This document shows, piece after piece, positions 21,367 through 33,692 of a DNA stretch of 64,000 bases (within the stretch, counting starts at the first letter, position 1; the number at the start of each line of letters is the position of its first letter). A program made the position numbers and the translations under genes. The stretch lies in contig JBDOQK010000002.1 of the NCBI GenBank assembly GCA_040437565.1, positions 558,001 through 622,000 on the forward strand, given 5' to 3'. This DNA comes from Albugo candida (Eukaryota). The notes beneath the pieces are model-generated. The model did not search any database and was not told where the DNA came from. It saw only the letters and a list, made by a program, of their open reading frames with translations.

Positions 21367-23763
21367 TCACCTCTCCTCTTCAATTGTTTCGGCCAAAGCA
21401 GGAGGACGATAAACACCATTTAAGAAGTCAAACTGTGATATGTCGCCATGCTTCTTTCTGTTTTCGTCACGTTCTAAACACTCTGCCAGCGGAAGGTACT
21501 TGGCCAGAGGTCCATATAAAATGGTCATGTAGTGATAGTATAGACATATAATCAGAATAAGCAGCAGGGCGCAGGCAAAATGTGCGGCCGCTTCTTTCAG
21601 TAGTAATAATCCCAGCATCGTGAGCTGTGAAATAACCATAGCAACAACCATGAATTTGAACAGACAGGGCCAATACGCCCCCATTGCAAACCATGACGAC
21701 TTGTACACATAGAGGGCATTGCGTCGATATACCAGATCAACTAAAGTGAAGAAGAGCGCAAACACTGTGCACGCATACGGAGCAATAGGGGCAAACGTGA
21801 GACTCACAAGCATCACCAAGAAACAATCTGCCAAAATTCGAGTTGGGTCAAAGGTCTCGAGATAATCGTAAGGAGCTAGACCGTATGAGGTCGCTTCTCT
21901 TCTGGCTTGTATGTGTTTGGAAACGCACATCTTGTAAAGCAAAGCTTTTGCCAACGGTACAACACGAAATAATTCCAAGGGTAGGCTTACTCCCATCAAT
22001 GTGAGTATATAGGAGCTGAAAAACTTGGACTGATGTGGTATGCTCCGTCCAAGCATCACGATTAATTCCGTCGGAGAGTTCAAAATATGTTCCATAGTGT
22101 CCAAAATAGTTCCCGCTACCACCGTGACGAAAAATATTTGAATTAGCTGGAAGTAAGCGAGTTTTGTGAACAGGGATGCTCGCACTTGTGTGTATGACGG
22201 ATGTCCCTCACGCTCTGATAGAAAAGCTAGGATATAGGTCGCCAATGCGTTTAGTATCAACAGCGCTAATGGCGATAAGGCTGAGCATAGAGAATTCAAT
22301 GCGGGGTACTCACGTAACCATTTATCCAAAAGTGGTACCGCGTGACGCAGGCTGTCAACGGAAGCCAGGCTTGCAACAAGTGTGGTAGGAATTGTCCAGA
22401 ACAAAACAATGACTGCTGTGGTGCATGCAGATATTAGTTGCCATAATGCACGTGTCCGAAAACGCAACCCAATGCTGTCCCAATCCACATCGTCGATGCA
22501 TGGAGCAGCTAAAATTGACATGCGAGCAGGATGTTTTGATTGTACCGTCTGTTGTAATACATGGCATGCCGTCAATGACGTGAATGAGACAAATGCTGAT
22601 CGTCTCACAAGACACGCCGCTTCTCCATCACTCGATTGTTCGTCCCGTTGAATTGATCCATAGTCCGAATTTGATGGATGCGCGAGTTTTGCTGACCCTG
22701 GTGAAAATAGTGGGCACTTACGTTGCCCTTGATTATTCCTGTTGGCCAAGATGCCTTGATTACGATTATCATCAATTGAATCATTCTCTTCAATGTCTTC
22801 GAAAAGCTCTCTTGACGATCTTCCTTTTGGTTCTTTGACCATCTCCCGATGTTGTGAAATACGCGTTGAGCCTCTCTCTATGACTTGATTTACTGTTGCC
22901 AGTGAATGCTCATAGTATTCTATCGAGTCGACACGACAGCCACGAAAATTCTTGTATCCCAGCAGGAGACGCCACCAAGATCGTCCTTCTACGTGATGAG
23001 GTCTTCGTCCCGTTTTCTCGTATACAGCCAGAGCGTAATTCAATTTTTTTTGCAGCTGCTTCTTTTTTTCTATCCAATTTTCAATTAATTCACATTCCAC
23101 ATCAACTTGAACATCTTTTACTTCTCCAGGGAAGAATTGTTCCATGTATTGACGTAACCTCGTGTTGTTTCGCAAAGCTGGTGGGACATCATTAATAAGT
23201 ATCGAGTATTGCGGCGAGGCCATCGAAGAAAGAACTTGGTGACGTCGTTTGACATATTCTGTATATTCAATCCACAGCAAATACATCATATACCCACAGA
23301 ACACATAGGAAGCGACGACAGGGGCCCATAGACGTACATCATTCTTTGCGACATCGGTAAGCGTGATCGCGTACAAGCCGAGTATTCGCATTGAAGAAGT
23401 ATCTTTGTTTTTCATCTTTTCGCTGTAATAGATCGGAATTAGTGCCAAAGATGTTATAACAACTAGAAACAAGAATTTTCGGCCGACTTGTAAAAAACGG
23501 AAAAACGTGAGCGTATCCAAGCCACAATAAGCTAAGATTTCATCCTCCGTGAGCTCATACTGTCTTTTTATCCATCCGAAGCATCGATCCCGTCTCGTTT
23601 TGGTCTCCTCGCTAGCCTCTTTGTCATCTGCACGCAGTTGGAAGAAGCGTTTGTACGTGCGTACTCGATCATACAGCAATATACTGGCGATCAGGAGAAG
23701 GTAAGATGCCAAAAGAATCTCTGAGAATCCATGAGATGATTGGTATTGATTGTTCTCACTCAT
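21367..23763 (-). CDS. OSCA/TMEM63/CSC1 channel, tandem paralog
   Basis: GLDTLTFFRFLQ, AFVSF, APCIDDVDW, QVRASLFTKLAYFQLIQIFFVT and ILADCFLVMLVS blocks shared with the neighbouring gene. Confidence 0.93.
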   Translation of the reverse strand: MSENNQYQSSHGFSEILLASYLLLIASILLYDRVRTYKRFFQLRADDKEASEETKTRRDRCFGWIKRQYELTEDEILAYCGLDTLTFFRFLQVGRKFLFLVVITSLALIPIYYSEKMKNKDTSSMRILGLYAITLTDVAKNDVRLWAPVVASYVFCGYMMYLLWIEYTEYVKRRHQVLSSMASPQYSILINDVPPALRNNTRLRQYMEQFFPGEVKDVQVDVECELIENWIEKKKQLQKKLNYALAVYEKTGRRPHHVEGRSWWRLLLGYKNFRGCRVDSIEYYEHSLATVNQVIERGSTRISQHREMVKEPKGRSSRELFEDIEENDSIDDNRNQGILANRNNQGQRKCPLFSPGSAKLAHPSNSDYGSIQRDEQSSDGEAACLVRRSAFVSFTSLTACHVLQQTVQSKHPARMSILAAPCIDDVDWDSIGLRFRTRALWQLISACTTAVIVLFWTIPTTLVASLASVDSLRHAVPLLDKWLREYPALNSLCSALSPLALLILNALATYILAFLSEREGHPSYTQVRASLFTKLAYFQLIQIFFVTVVAGTILDTMEHILNSPTELIVMLGRSIPHQSKFFSSYILTLMGVSLPLELFRVVPLAKALLYKMCVSKHIQARREATSYGLAPYDYLETFDPTRILADCFLVMLVSLTFAPIAPYACTVFALFFTLVDLVYRRNALYVYKSSWFAMGAYWPCLFKFMVVAMVISQLTMLGLLLLKEAAAHFACALLLILIICLYYHYMTILYGPLAKYLPLAECLERDENRKKHGDISQFDFLNGVYRPPALAETIEEER

Positions 23764-23861
23764 TTTGAATAAATAAATATCGAGGAGCTACATGTGCGAC
23801 GAGCCATTTGCTCTGATTGTGACAGAATTCAGACCAATAGTACCGTTTCTCGCTTAAACTT

Positions 23862-25491
23862 ATGGAGCATTTTTTCGTGGAATTACGACAACTAGACGAG
23901 ACACAAGAGCGTGTAGAGGCTGTCAGTGATGTGATGCTTAAAATAAGTGGATACAGTCTCGATGAAAGTGAAGATGATCCATCCGACGATTTTGAAGCAA
24001 CAAAGGCCAACATTGAGACAATGGTCGAGGCATGGATGCATGAACTTCGCACCAGCGATATCAATCGAGAACGCATTGCGTTTCTGTACGTGGCGAATCA
24101 CGTCCTACACAAGGTCAAGGGAGAAGAAAAGGATGGTCAACACGAGATGGTGACTCAATTGGTCGAAGCGCTCCGTCAACATTTGAATGAAGCAGTTTCT
24201 TTGGTAAGTAATTCTCCAATGGATCGTCAGGTGGTTATACGTTTGCTGGAATTATGGCATCAGAAAGTATTTTTCAGTGAAAACGATATTTTTGAATTGT
24301 GGAAATGTACAGGGGAAGAAATTCCTGATTTTTTGCAAGCCATTGCTAAACGCTCCTCACAGGATTTACAGAACGATCCATCTGAACACCATCAACACGC
24401 AAAAACGTTTTCTACTGGTGTGGACCCGAATGAGAAGGAGAAAATACCCGAGCCAGAGCTACCGATGAAACTAAATGCGCATTCAGCCAACCCTGTACTG
24501 GACGCGATGAAGCAGATCGATTATCGGATATCGGCGATCAAATATTTGAATGAGAAGTTGAATAAAGAACACCAGTATTTATTACATCATGGGACCGCAC
24601 GATACAAGACACCAGAAGATTTTTTGAGTGATCGAACAACAACGTGTCGTCAAATGAAGGATAATATCGAAGATTGCCTTCGCTTGGTCCGAATTCGCAA
24701 TGTATAGAAAGTCTTATCATTATCTCAAATATGCCGATTCAGTCTTTTGGTACACTGTAGAAATTCATGAGTGAGCTTCCAAATTTGCAGAAACAGCTTC
24801 AAATAGCTGTGGAGAAGATCAAGAGCGAAGAGGTACGTGCTTGGTATGCTGGACAAAATCATCTGATTTGTTCATAGGTTAGTGCAAGTGCAAAGGTCGA
24901 AACCAAGCTAGAGGTGACACGCTGCTATATTTTCTCGTATGTGAACATTCCTTCAATTTGTATGCCAGCAATGTGATATGATTGATATCGGCCTCGCGGA
25001 TCTATCCGAGCTTCGCGAAAAGTATCCAGAAGATGTAAGGCGCAATCGTATGAACTTTTGTGAATTTGCTCAATATTTTACGTTGAATCACCATACAGTG
25101 GGCAAAACAGGCATACCAATCCTCCCAACGCCGAAAAAAAAGGGAAGAGGAACAACGACAAAAAGAAGAAGAAATTGCTCGATTGCAGCAGGAAGCAATA
25201 GCTGAATCTGTGGTGCACGCCCAGAACCTCGAATCAGATATGAATCAAACTCGTAATGATTTGACGGCTTTGTCAAAAGGAATTGGTGAAGCTCAAGCAG
25301 AGTCAGAAGCAAAGACTGAAGAGGCACATGAGATGGTTTGGCATCCGTAAGTACCACCAGTATCATCATTGAGACTACGCTTTCAGGTGTCGCTGATGAA
25401 TTTCTTCTTCTATGTGTTAAACAGAGTGCTCAAGGAGTTGGTTCCTTTGCAGAGCTTGAATTTAGAATGGGAAGACTGGCGTGATCACTAA
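23862..25491 (+). CDS. CID/RPR (RNA Pol II CTD-interacting)-like domain protein, multi-exon
   Basis: MVEAWMHEL...RIAFLYVANHVL...VIRLLELWHQKVFF; further short exons and a coiled-coil exon lead to ...EWEDWRDH* (TAA 25489-25491). Confidence 0.75.
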
Positions 25492-25864
25492 GCTTACAGA
25501 ATTCAGATCAAAAAGGAGCTGTTATGTAGCAAAGAGAAACATTCCTCTCGTCCGCGTTATGAAGAATTTTAGTTTCGCAACGCTTGGGTTAGTTGCCTTA
25601 CTGCCTTAAATCAGACCAGCGATTAGTGTGCAACTAATGAGCTTCTTGAATAAAAATGAATCAATCGAGTAGTCCAGTAATCAAACCTGATCTCAGCTGA
25701 CGCGCGCGATACCACGAGGCACTTACGCTGAAATATCCGGGCTTCAACACCGATAGAGCTCTTTTTCAGTATTTGCAGCTTCGTATATCAGATAAGCTTG
25801 TAAACTACGAATTCTATAGCCAGCTTGATACTGACCACAAGGTACTTTAATCGGATTCGACCCT

Positions 25865-28005
25865 ATGCATGAAGGTATCTGCGTCTCGGCGCCGGGAAAA
25901 GTATTGCTTACAGGTGGGTACGTCATACTATGGGAGAAGTATGGTGGACTTGTGCTCTCTTTAAGTGCTCGCTTCTATGCCACTATTGGTCGCTGCGTAA
26001 GTAAATGAATCCAATTTGGAAAGTGCATGCAACCCTCATAGATTACTCAAGCCTTTTAACAGCATTAGGACGAAAGAAACCATCGGAGACAGTGAGCGAC
26101 TTGTGGACTTACTCATAGAATGTCCGCAACTACATCAAACTATCCGTGCTTCAATGACCCTTGATAAACAAGAGAAGCTTCTGCTTGCGATTGCGTAGGC
26201 TGATACCCTTGCGTCTATACACGAAATGGTGATCATCGATTCTTTCGCTTAGTGCAGGATCAGACTCGAATGCATACGTGACAGAAACAATCCAACTTGC
26301 GTGCAACTGTGTCGCTGGGCTACTCTCCTTACCTGTATTTGTAAAGCGTTTGAGGGCGATCAACTCATCGAGTCAGGAAGTTCTTATCCGTTTGGAGGCA
26401 GATAACGATTTTTATTCACAAGTCTCAGGAGTACGTGTATCTCCCTTACTTCACTCAATGCTTTTTTTCGTCACGAAAGTGGCTACTTTAGCTTCGTGAA
26501 GCTCAATTACCATTTCTTCGCGAATCGTTGGTTTTGCTACCCCAAAAATGCTCACCGTCAGATATTCGTTATGTGCACCAGTTTTATTCACAATGATCCG
26601 TACTCAAACTCAATTTGATCTAGAGAAGTCCAGTGGTGGTGGTATCTCAAAAACAGGATTGGGCAGTTCAGCGGCTTTAGTCACCTCGCTTGTTGGCGCT
26701 CTCGTCACTTTTTTTATCCCAGAGTGGGAGAGCCTTGAAAGTAATCGCGAGGCTCTCGATATTGTTCACAACCTTGCGCAGCTATGTCACTCGGCAGTAC
26801 AACGAAAAGTAGGCGTTCAGCTATGAACGAATCCGTATAAAATACCTTTGTCGGCAGGTTGGAAGTGGATTTGATATCTCTGCTGCTTGTTATGGCTCGC
26901 AACGATACAAGCGCTTTCCTCCACATATATTGGAGAATATTTATTCACAAGATGATGCGAAGCCCCAATATCTAGCTTCCTGCGTCAAGAATCAATCTTT
27001 GTGGAAAACGGCACTTAGAGTGGTCTGCTTTCAGCACATTTGTACTTTTAATTATTCAGGTCTCTTATCTCTATCTTTACCATGCAGGAATCCTTTGCAT
27101 TGCCGCCTGGTTTTTGCTGCTTGATGGGCGATGTCGTCGGAGGGACGTCTACCGTGTCCATGGTACAACAGGTGCAGGCGTACATTAGTTTGTTTTGCTT
27201 GCTCTGAATCTTTTTATCATCACATGTGTATTACAGGTACTTGCATGGTCAAAAGAGAATGCCGAACTATCTGTACAGACTTTCACAATGATACACTCGC
27301 GAAACAAGAAGCTAGAAGACATGTTGATTCAACTTACCGAGCTTTTGAAGATGCATCCCGAGTTGGACTCCGAAAGGCAGAAGTTGGCGACTGTAGCATC
27401 AGAAATGGTACGAGTCATAAATCAAAATGCTGTACACTCAATGTTCACGACAACGATAGTGGCCCACAATCGACTCAGCACTTGGAAATTTTTTCTCCGA
27501 AACTCGCGAGTCATTCTTGCATATCCGCCAAGCACTCCGGTACGCATTACGAAAGACTCAGTACAATTTCACTGGATACGTTTATTGATCAGGCACTTGG
27601 GACAATTAACTGGAGCTCTAATTGAACCCCCGGAACAAACAGCCTTGATTGATGAGACGATGAAAGTACCCGGCGTTTTATTCGCAGGAGTTCCTGGGGG
27701 TCATTCTCATTTGTAGAATGATTTACATTACCGTACACTCACGTGTTTGTGATGACTAGCTGGCGGCTACGATGCCATTTTTGTCGTAGCGACGGACGAG
27801 TCTGTCCTGACGCATGTCGAGCAATTTTGGGAAGTCTGGTCTTCGAATCACTCATCAATGTGCGCTACCTATTTTGAATCAATTTTGAAGTGGTAATGAT
27901 AATTGCGATTGTAGTGTGTGCCCGCTGTTGTGTAAAGCGATGGACAAATTATCCATGGATCGTATTGGAGGTTTAACGTCGACGCGAATTTCCTCACTTA
28001 ATTGA
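25865..28005 (+). CDS. ERG8: Phosphomevalonate kinase, ERG8/GHMP type, many short introns
   Basis: VSAPGKVLLTGGYVIL, ADNDFYSQ, KTGLGSSAALVTS, VGSGFDISAACYGS, IEPPEQTALID, GVPG|AGGYDAIF. Confidence 0.93.
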
Positions 28006-28060
28006 TCAAAAAGTCTAATAAATTAGGTTAATATAGATCAATTACCGTTAGTGATCTGTA

Positions 28061-29500
28061 ATGAATGGAAAGCGTCCATGGATCGAAGAAGCATCAGTTG
28101 GAGAGAATCTTGAGGGAGAAGAACTACAAAATCATCAACCAAGAGATGTTGAATCGCAAAGAGATTTGAATGCTGAAGGGCCAACAAAAAAAGGAAAGTC
28201 CGGTTCAATAAGTAATGATACTGTATCAAGTCATCCACAAGAACGAGAAGAAGTGGTGGATGAAGTAACAATTCAAGATTTATCCTACGCTACAGAATCT
28301 TGGCAAGGCTTTAAAAAAGTCAATGAAGACCGCTTCATAAATCAATCGAAGCACCTTCTCGGACCTGTATTTGGGATATTTGATGGACATGGTGGAACTT
28401 TCACGGCGGAGTATCTTGTTCGAAACTTGATGAGAACCGTACGTTCATGTTGGAAACAAAAAAACCGTTCAGTCCAGGCGTCGTTCGAAAATATCTATAG
28501 GACATCTTGTCTAGAACGTGATCGCAGCGAGCGACTCAAGGCACAAATGCTGAGTCTTGCAGAACAAATCCGAGAGATTGGGACTCTTGTAAGTCAATCT
28601 CATGGCGAAGAGCAAGGTATTGAACTCGATGTACTTCGAAAAGAGTTGCTTTCTACCACTGAAGCTGTACAACGTGAAATCGATCAAATCGATAGGGAAG
28701 AACATGAACGTATGGATCATTATCACAAATTGGCTGTGGAAAACGAGACAAGAATTTGTGACGCAATTCGTGAAGGATTCATCCGAACTGACAGTAATTT
28801 AATTCAGAGACAGGATCTGAGAGATGGATCAACCGCCCTGATCGTGTGGTTCGTTGGGTATGGTACCAAACGCCTCCGCTTCTTTGTAGCTAATGTGGGG
28901 GACTGTCGTGCCGTGTTATGTCGGTATGGAAAAGCAGTACCGCTCTCAATAGATCATAAGCCTGATCGACCAAGTGAGAAACAGCGTATAACACAATCTG
29001 GAGGGTTTGTGGGTCAAATAGCCGGTGTCGCTCGCGTCTATGCGGCTGCAGGGGCTGGATTGGCACTTGGAGCATCCAAAACAGCGATATATCTTTCTGT
29101 ATCGCGCTCATTTGGAGATGTTAAACTGAAATTCCCGTCACCGATCGTGTCTGCAGAACCAGAAATCGCTGTATTTGATGTCGAGGAGGAGGACTTATTT
29201 ATAGTTATTGCATGTGATGGCATTTGGGATGTAATGAGCAATGAAGAGGTTATCGAAATCGGCTTGAAGCTCTTCGGTGATCCCAAGGCCGCTGCCGATG
29301 CAATTGTCAAGCAGGCTTACCGAAAGAAAAGTCAGGACAATCTTACGGTCAGCATAATCGAATTCAAATCACGAGAGCCGCAAGCCGCCGCAGCTTTAGA
29401 AAAGCAATCGAGAAGTACAAACCCTCTGCACGCGACAACGGCTGCTGAAGGAAGCTCACCAATAAACAATAGCGACGAGATTGATATGTTCACAATTTGA
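28061..29500 (+). CDS. Protein phosphatase 2C (PPM family)
   Basis: NEDR, FGIFDGHGG, DGSTA, ANVGDCRAVL, DHKP, SRSFGD, ACDGIWDV, SQDN. Confidence 0.95.
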   Translation: MNGKRPWIEEASVGENLEGEELQNHQPRDVESQRDLNAEGPTKKGKSGSISNDTVSSHPQEREEVVDEVTIQDLSYATESWQGFKKVNEDRFINQSKHLLGPVFGIFDGHGGTFTAEYLVRNLMRTVRSCWKQKNRSVQASFENIYRTSCLERDRSERLKAQMLSLAEQIREIGTLVSQSHGEEQGIELDVLRKELLSTTEAVQREIDQIDREEHERMDHYHKLAVENETRICDAIREGFIRTDSNLIQRQDLRDGSTALIVWFVGYGTKRLRFFVANVGDCRAVLCRYGKAVPLSIDHKPDRPSEKQRITQSGGFVGQIAGVARVYAAAGAGLALGASKTAIYLSVSRSFGDVKLKFPSPIVSAEPEIAVFDVEEEDLFIVIACDGIWDVMSNEEVIEIGLKLFGDPKAAADAIVKQAYRKKSQDNLTVSIIEFKSREPQAAAALEKQSRSTNPLHATTAAEGSSPINNSDEIDMFTI

Positions 29501-29537
29501 CAGTGTTAATCGGCCGTAATTATAGCCTGCTTCTGAA

Positions 29538-30398
29538 TTACACCTTGCTCAAGTATCTGCCGTCTTCTGTTGCCACTTTGACCTCGCTACCATTCTCAAT
29601 GAAGAGGGGAACTTTTACTTTAGCACCATTCTCCAGGACGGCGCGTTTCACGCTAAGTGCACAATCCGGTACATTTTTTGGTGTTGTTTCCTTCAATTGA
29701 TCTTAAGAACTCGGAGCTACTTTCATTCACCATTTCAGCACGTACTTTCACTCTTAGTACGACATAATCTGGCATCTTTGCCCAAAGTACATCCCCATCA
29801 ATAATCTGAACTGACAGTATCATTCCTTCTAGAAGAAATGCTAATTGACATTCTGTCAAAATAGCGGCGGAAATCTCAAGCTACGCCGGATGACTAATGT
29901 TTCAGGATATGATATTGCGTCGTGACTACTGGTTACCTGTTCAAACGACGTGGTATGCATCAAGACAAGTGTGTCACCAGAACGATATAGAAACTGGAAG
30001 TCTTGATCTCGTTCCAAAGGTGCTTTTGAAACAGTCTCTGCTGCTCGAAATCGTCGACTGATCTTGTTGCCGGACTTTATCTCCTTCAATTCACACTGCA
30101 GCAATTTAACTTAGAGGCCTTATCGATGAACTTGCATGCAGGTCAGTAGAGGGTTCTCATACTTGCACATATGCGACTCCTTTTCCCGGTTTAACGTGCT
30201 GACTCTTTCCAACGCGGTAATACTTACCTTCAACATCCAACGTCATACCCACTCGTATCTGGTTTCCTGCATGAAAATAATGTTACAGCAAAATTAAAAG
30301 TAGCGATATGTGTAATGCAAGCTACCATTGATATGAGCAAAACGCAAAAAAGACCTCTCTATCAGGGTATTTTTGAGTCGCCAAATGCTGCGAAGCAT
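29538..30398 (-). CDS. efp: Bacterial-type elongation factor P with N-terminal presequence (probably mitochondrial), 4 exons
   Basis: MLRSIWRLKNTLIERSFLRFAHIN|GNQIRVGMTLDVEG...HVKPGKGVAYVQ|..ELKEIKSG..RFR..FQFLY..FEQ..KRAVLENGAKVKVPLFIENG..V.TEDGRYLSKV*. Confidence 0.9.
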
Positions 30399-30458
30399 AC
30401 CAAATCGAATGGAATGTTTGATTGGTAGACAAAATTCTATTGAATTAATTATCAACTC

Positions 30459-32655
30459 TCATCGACGTTCGTATATAAGCATGTACGTTTCGGAGACTCC
30501 GATAAGCTGCGGCAATGTTTCTTGAACGTGTAAATCCTGGATTTCGTACCATTGTTCAGTAGCCTGGTGCATGAATTACCACTAAGTTAGTAATAGAACA
30601 ATTGCGCAGCATAACGAAAGTCTGACTCTGTTTTGGACATGAACACGGTAACTTCCTTCTGTTAGCGGATTGGTATTCAGATTTGTTGTTTTCCCTTTAT
30701 TTAATGGACTATCATGACAGATATTGGCCACCAAATTGTACCTACATAGGATACCGTCAAGTTAGAGCGAAGAAGAGCTGGGACATCTGCTTAATACTTG
30801 GTCGATGTGACTGTTGCTTCCTGAAGCTTTATCGAAAGCTCAGATCTCGTCTCCAAAGCCTGCAATTCGAATCCGTATGAGCAATATTTGACGCCTGAAA
30901 AGCTGACTTACATCGTGAGAGATTCTTTTCTGATCAAGTAGTTCTTTGATCTCGGCAACAGATCTAATCGCATCGCCGCATTGTTACAAAGTACGCAGAT
31001 ACGAAACAAGGTCAGCAATACTACTTATGGTTGAGCTGTTCCAATTTCGGATTTTCTGGATTCGTGATCAGATAATCACGAATTTCCAAATTCTTGACTG
31101 GGAAGTTGACGATTGTCGAATTTTTTTCCACAAAAAAATTGTTGCGTGTGAATCGCTTTACATGTAAGATTAGATATCGAGGATGAAGCCGGATATGGTA
31201 TGTCTTCTTGAGCCTTTGGAAGTTTTGCAACACGAACTAGAAGAGGTGCGTTGTCAGGTAAATACTCAGCAGAATTAGATCCTCACCGTTGTCTTTGATC
31301 CATTATATTTTTCGAGAACGGTGTACAGCGGGACCTAAAGGTCTATGCCTAAGAGTTGCAAAAAAGCAAAATAGTTTGAGAGCAAATCGTACTTGAGGAA
31401 TTACGTTTCCGCCTTGCGAATCCTTGAACAGGGGGGAAGTCGGAAGATCCAGCGATAAAAATCTGCATCGGAACAGCTATGAATACTGATACTCTTAACA
31501 ACACTGTACAAGAATACGCCTACAGAAATGGCGTTTCAGTTGTTTGTTTCCGAGGAGCACTTGGGTCCTTGCTGTGATCTTTCTCTTCCGCTTCAGCTGA
31601 CTGAGAAGTACTCTCGTTGATGGTTGTAACATCAACAAATCCTTGAAAACATTCCTGAATAATGCTTCTCTTGGTAGTTGTTCTCTTGCACAGTTCCTAT
31701 TAGTTGAGATAATTTGATTAAAAATCAAAAGATCTTAGCTGATACAATAACATGCCCGATGTAACTCATTCAGTAACCATGACATGAATTCAATGCACTC
31801 ATGTTGTTGTCCAATATGAAATCGTCTTTTGCTTCTGACGGAAACCTCTTGCACAAACTCATGTGGACTGATCTAGATCGAAAACACTCGAAATCGGCTA
31901 GTAAGTATTTTCCTCCCAAATACCGTGTTTTTAATATTGTATGGACTCCAAATTTTGCGTAGCAATTCTCCAAACCGCAATAAAAGTGGGGATTTGTGCG
32001 TAAAATCCGTGTTTGAGGAGAGTAGAAAGAAATCTCGAAGAGGTGGAATATGAGCAAGTGCATGTACCACAACACTGATGTAATCCGTTCTCTTGAGATT
32101 GTTAAGACCAATAAAACCTAATGTTGCGCAGTCAATAGTTAAATGATGATGAGGCAATTCCAATAATAAGACCTGGTAGATATGAGACGCCAAACGCATC
32201 TTGCGCCAGCACTCGATTTTGATCTAGAGTTTTGATCACGTCAGGCGTGAAAGTTGGACGCAAAGCGTCTTTGATTGATTTGAGAGACTGATCGACAACT
32301 TCATAATTATCTATTGCCAGAATCCAGCATTATTAGATAAAAAGGATACATTTGAGTGTAATAAAGAACCTGGGAGACAAAAAATTCGATCATTCTGTAA
32401 ATTTATGAAAACATGATGGCTTGCTTGAACGGAGTGAGTAAATGCATGTGTGCTTTTCCCTCTTCCTTTGAAATATTTTCCGCAAACTAAACACGCGTAT
32501 ACATTTTGATCCGATAACGTAATCGAGCAGATCTTCTCAAAATCAAAGTCGAGTAATTGTGTGTTGATTGTGTCCAGATATGGACATTTACGTCTTGTCT
32601 TTGCGCTCTCATTATCATTTTTTGGGTCTTCCAAGACCGTAGCATCACGCTTCAT
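30459..32655 (-). CDS. USP39: U4/U6.U5 tri-snRNP-associated protein 2 (USP39/Sad1), multi-exon
   Basis: CPYLDTIN.QLLDFDFEKICSITLS.QNVYACLVCGKYF.GRG (ZnF-UBP); GFIGLNNLKRTDY; KRFTRNNFFVEKN; WYEIQDLHVQETLPQLI.VSE.Y. Confidence 0.95.
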
Positions 32656-32721
32656 CGCTCGCGATAATCGTATGAAACATAAACGAGTTACTTATCCCCA
32701 CTAAGTAATTACCGAAGTTAA

Positions 32722-33548
32722 ATGTTTTCGCAAACTCCCATGTACGCACGTATCGCACTTGTTCTCGTCAATCTTCACATTGCACAAAGTTTGATGATCG
32801 AAATCGACAAACACGCACAAAAGTGCTTTTTTGAATATGTGCGACAGAAAAGAACCGCTTATCTCACTGTTGGCGTGGTTAAATCTGATGACAAGGCCGA
32901 TATTCGTCTCAAGGCTTATGGCCCGTTCACCGAAGAGCCATCGTCTGATGAAGAAAGGAATCTTTTTTTCGATCACATGGTGGTTACCCCTGAAAATCAA
33001 AATGACAATAATCTACAACAAAGTGGCTTTAATTATGATTCAGAGCATCGAGGAGGATGGTACAAATACTGCCTCGACAATAGTCACAGTGGATACAATG
33101 GTAAAGTAGTAGACTTCAGGACCGAATACTCATTAACAAATGTGGATGATTTTGGAGAAGAAGATGAGTGGGAAAAAGTCGTCAGAAAAAGTAAGAATAC
33201 TTTTTGCATAGACGCTTGAAGTGATATATTTTTTGCTTCTTAGAACATTTGGATAACGCGGTGAATAGCATGGTTAACATTGAAACTTTTCTGACGAAAA
33301 TTATGAATGAGCAAGGGACATATAAGTTGAGAGATATTCGACATCAACAAAGTACTGTATTGTTTCTTAGAAATAATTTGGCACCAATTTTACTGATTCT
33401 CTTTCTAGCCTGTGAGAGCAATAATTCTCGTTTGGTCTGGTACACGGTCGTGGAAATCATACTACTCGCGGTAATCTATGGCTGTCAAGCCTTCCTGATC
33501 AACAAATGGTTCGAGAATCGTGGTTTGGTGCTGCGTCAATGGGCTTAG
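32722..33548 (+). CDS. emp24/gp25L/p24 (GOLD-domain) cargo receptor
   Basis: Signal peptide, CFFE, GWYKYCLDN, coiled coil, ESNNSRLVWY plus C-terminal TM and short tail; two short introns. Confidence 0.88.
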
Positions 33549-33692
33549 GAAAAAGGCTCATGTTGGAACAGCCAAAGAAGTAAATTGGAAGCATAGAAAA
33601 GGTCGCTGAAAATTGAGTGGTATACAATACATACATGCATTCAGTTTATACACTCTTTCTGTACTTGCATCCTCTGATGAAGGACTTCTGCT

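Noticed and set aside
32060-32120. USP39 lacking the catalytic Cys (GLNNLKRTDY)
   Set aside because: Known property of all USP39/Sad1 proteins; not novel.
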